DNA from: Bilabrum cf. latius
Lineage: Eukaryota
Assembly (NCBI GenBank): GCA_965178125.1
Contig: OZ237768.1
Location: 558,001-622,000, forward strand
Direction of reading: 5' to 3'
Length of the DNA stretch: 64,000 nt
Shown: piece by piece, positions 60,201-64,000 of the stretch
Layout: each line of letters opens with the position of its first letter
Position numbering within the stretch: the first letter of the stretch is position 1
The notes under the pieces: generated by a model
Database searches by the model: none
What the model saw: only the letters and a program-made list of their open reading frames with translations
Told to the model about the DNA's origin: nothing
Translations under genes and position numbers: made by a program

Positions 60201-63200
60201 CTTTCGAGCGAGCACCACCGGGCGGCGAATGCCACCAGGACCCAGCGGAGAGAAGGCAGGCAAGACCAGATGGAACTCGTTGTGGGTGGTGGCATCCTGC
60301 ACCGTCCAGTCACCAGCCGCACTGGATGTTCGCTTTCGCCTTTTGGAGCTTCGATTTCGACTGTGGCCTGCCTTCGTCTTCTACTTGGAGGCATGCTCGA
60401 AAGCAGCTCCATTCCCATCTGAGCCGTGACCCGAGCTTGTCGATAGTCCAAGGTCCACCAGACGACTGTATCCGGCCGGATCCAGCACAATGTTCGACGG
60501 CTTCACGTCCCTGTGCACCACCCCTGCCTCGTGCAAATGGCACAGCGTACACGCAAGCTGACGAGCCACCACACGCACTGCACTCTCCCGCATGCGCCAA
60601 CGACCCCCGCCTCGAGATCGCATCGTTGAAGCGAGGCTCTCGCCATCCACCAGCTCCAGCACCAGACCCACCTCACCCTCGCCCAGCACCACGCCCTCCA
60701 GCCGGCACACGCCCGGCACGCCGTGGACAGCGCACCGCATCAGGGCCAGGATCTCGCCACGAACCACGTCAGCCTTCAGCGATGCATGCTACTCGGAGTT
60801 GCCAGCCGAAAAGATGTGTGACGAGTGATATTCCTATCGGGATCTACCAGTGGATCGCCTGCTGATCTTGAGCGCAACCTTACGTCCCGTGGGCACATGT
60901 ACGGCCAGGTAGACCCTGGCGAACCCGCCCTAGCCGAGTACCTTCAAGCGCCGAAAGTCCTGCATATGGAAGCGAGGCAACTCTCGTCCAGTTTGTCTGT
61001 CGTGGTGTCTGTCGACTACAGCTGCACTCGTCGGAAGACCATCCACTGTTAAGCGGTGGCCCGGTCCTCGAACCACAATGACCACCTGGAAGCTGCTTGG
61101 GGACAAAGTGCTGCTAGTAGAGCGGCTTGCAGCAGCAGGCTTGCTGCCCACGATCAGCTTAACGTAAGCGGGAAGTGCACTTCCGCAAGCAGCCACAATC
61201 TTTTCTCCAGTGACAGTTTCGAAGCATAGGCTCTCAAGCCGATTGCCATCTTCACCAGCACTCTCACAGTTACTTTGTCGTGACTTGCATGCACGAATGC
61301 TTTGCCTCACCCAGGCCTCAAGCCGGATGTCAAGCCTTTCATTCTCAGTCTTAGCCGCGCGCGCCTAGTCGGAGCTTGCGCCTAAGGCGACGCGCAGTTG
61401 CTTTCGCCACTTTTGAAACCAGGTATTGGTGCTGATAGACACCATGCCAATAGGCAAGCAGTTCACGTCACTGATGTGGCCGTTGTGCTGCACATCAGCT
61501 GTACACACCAAACCGAGGCCTTGCTCCGGCAAAGCAGACGCTTGCAGGCTACTGTGGGTGACTCCGAGTGCAGCCCAATCAAGCAGATGGACCTGGCGGG
61601 TCCATCGGAGCTTTGCTCGCCCGAAGCGTGCGGCTAGATTCAAATGCTACAAAGTTGTTGCTACTTTGGTGGACTTGAAATCAAAAGATGCGCCGGACAC
61701 TTCCGAATCGGCCATGGTGTGTGAAGCCTAAACGCAAGCCTGGTCTGTGCCAGCCGTAGCTCCGTGGATCTATTGATTGGCCGTTTGTGGAGCAGGTGAT
61801 AGAAATGCAGCGAGAAGAGGCAGCCTGTCCCGCAATATGCCCTCGAGTGCTCGAGGCAATCCGACGAGCGACCCCTTCATGCCCATGCCTACGGCTGTGC
61901 CATTGATCCGGTGCATCGACCTGGCAATCCTTTGGCTCGCCTCGAGTGGCCTCAGCTGGCTGTTTCTGTCCACATCCTCGTACAGTATCTTAGCCGGGCC
62001 AGTGCCGATCCATGTTGCTTGCACCGGACCGGCTGCCAAGCCTATCTGAGGCCGCAGCTGTATGCTCATGGTACGCAGCTGGGATGTGCAGGTACTGGCG
62101 AGATCTACAGCTGCCATGATAGTAGCAGTCAGCATTCTGACGGATGGTCGCATGACGCTTGAGGTGCCACCCGACAATCGTCCATCTTCCGGACGGACAC
62201 CCATAGCTCCCCTGGGCAACCGAGTTGGCTATTGGCGAAACCATGCAAGCTTGAACGTTCCAGCGCTACCCTTGATCCTTACCGCTCTATACTTGGCGCA
62301 TACTGCATCCACCACGGCCCCAATCCTGCGGTGCAGGCCAATCCCGGCGATGGGCCCGGCGAAGTCAGCGATCTTGTCGTAGCCGTGCAGGATGAGTGTG
62401 AGCACGATCGAGTTGCCGAGGTCGACTGCAGCCGCTGACCGCGCCAGTGATTCCGTCGATCTTGCTACTTCAGATGGCAGTTCGTTTGGCAGCAAAAGTC
62501 CAAGCTGACTGAGTGCGTCCCGACTTAACGAATCGCTACTGGCTGACCGTGTCGGTGTCGTTGCGTCCAGCTACCTCTAGTGGATGACTGCTGCAGGCAT
62601 GATGGCTGCTGCTGCAGACTTGAGCTACTGCTTGCTGGCCTGAACAAGCTCGCTGTACGCAACCAGGGTGCTCCTGATGCGGAGCACTTGCTCCTGGAGC
62701 GTCTGGGTGTCAACGATACGACGCGACAGTATCATTACCATGTACAGAGCTCCCGTGAAGATCGCCACGATACCCCCAAGCGACACGTCAGCGGGGTCAC
62801 TATCTGATCCCAGCACTAGGGAGCACTTATCGAGTCTGGTGTTCTAAGAAAGGCCAACTGCCTCTCGGATCCACACGTACAATCCGACGGGAGTGCTGAG
62901 TGCGACCAACACTCCGACAGTCAAGATCACGGGCCAGTTCCCATCGCATACGTGGAGCACGCCCACCAGCAGCTGGATTGCAACCAGTACCTGAGGCGCT
63001 TGATTCGACTGGCCCAGAATTCCTGCACACGACCCTCTAAAGGCCTAGAAGAGGAAGAGAAACTGGTACAGCACGTGCGAAATGTGAGCAGCTCCGTATG
63101 TATATAACGCACAGGCAGCACTGACCCTTTCCTACCGCATGGTCCACACAGCTCCAGCAACGCTCATGGAAAGGCCGCATGCGAGCAGCGGCAAAAATTT

Positions 63201-64000
63201 CAAAAGTATCAACAAACATGCTTGTGATTCATCCCAGGACGCTAGTCCAGATGCAACCTCGAGATTGAAAGCCTTCGCCCATTCAGTCATTCCGTTCTGC
63301 AGAAGTGCCACGCCCGAGAGCAGCAAGAGAAGACTCGAGCCAGCCGTGGTGCCTACAATTCCTCTGGCGTCGTCTTTGCGATCTAGGCTAGGTAGAACAT
63401 GCGCAGCGACTGACCCGCATCCCTCCGTCTCAGCTACACTAAGCTATTCCGCTTGCGGATAGCAGTGCCCTGCAAACGCCCCCATGTTCAGCGTGCCTGC
63501 ACCAATGTGGGCTTTACCAAGCACTCGTTGGAGCCACTTCGGCATGTCCTTTCCCGCCGTATCCCTAAATTTGCTTGGCGTAGGATAGACAGATTCATGA
63601 AGGTTGCTTACCACGGTGGCGGACGGCAGCAACGTGTCGTCAGGGCCCCCAGATAGATGCTGACCAGACGCGATCGCAGCAATTAGCACGTCGACTGCAC
63701 GCTCAATGGACAAGGCCAGCGGCTCTTTCGCTGTGAGAGTGATATCGTCATCGCATCGTAGAGGAAGAAACACGACCCTGCCAGCTGCTGCCTGAGCATC
63801 GTCACCTGTAGTGTGCGTACTAGAGTCGCTGACTTTGCCCGAGTCGGATGCGGTCCCACGCTCCAGCGGCCTGTCTCCGGTGGTCTGTAACAGATAAGGC
63901 ATATTGGGATCGTCGCTGGAGCTTTTTTTGGCGCGGCTGCTTTGAGGATAAGGGTGCCGGGCGGCACTGGATCTACCTGCATCCACAAGGCGGCCAGTTG
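57201..64000 (-). CDS. Paralog B of the TM / cyclase-like / split-kinase protein, 5' end outside the window
   Basis: 13 track ORFs from 63444..63986 down to 57201..57737 share one frame, joined by TAG where checked, and end at TAA 57201. Shares near-identical cyclase-like and kinase blocks with paralog A. Has DLG in place of DFG. Confidence 0.78.

Noticed and set aside
4320-64000. Widespread pseudogenes or C-to-T hypermutation as the source of the stops
   Set aside because: Decay or deamination would also create TAA, TGA and frameshifts. Only TAG occurs, catalytic motifs are intact, and paralog differences in the kinase block are synonymous.
1-64000. Ciliate-type code (TAA and TAG both Gln) or pyrrolysine
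   Set aside because: TAA ends four genes at the expected C-termini and was not seen inside exons. The TAGs are numerous, mostly in linkers, in intron-containing genes, and no pyl genes are present.
1-64000. tRNA (including a CUA suppressor) or rRNA genes
   Set aside because: None were recognisable by eye. tRNAscan-SE on the whole genome is needed.

Overview
This is GC-rich, gene-dense eukaryotic nuclear DNA with short GT-AG introns. It is probably from a protist. The style (Gly/Ala/Ser-rich insertions, compact head-to-head genes) suggests a bicosoecid-like stramenopile, but that is inference only. The main result is a non-standard nuclear genetic code. Nearly every gene is interrupted by in-frame TAG codons (well over 60 seen) and by no other stop or frameshift, while every gene end I could locate is TAA or TGA. 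TAG therefore behaves as a sense codon, most likely Gln, while TAA still terminates. Read this way, the fragmented ORF track collapses into about 14 genes: a PQQ-like propeller protein, a small membrane protein, an ankyrin protein, VWA8, an ERI1-type exonuclease, a large orphan gene head-to-head with a giant double-Ulp1 (C48) protease gene that carries a 40/37-bp minisatellite, an RCC1-repeat fragment, an iduronate-sulfatase-like gene, a MARK/SNF1-like kinase, THOC5, a PAN-domain glycoside-hydrolase-like gene head-to-head with an arylsulfatase, and two convergent paralogs encoding a membrane protein with degenerate nucleotidyl-cyclase-like domains fused to a split Ser/Thr kinase. All exon boundaries and family calls were made by eye and need HMM and RNA confirmation.
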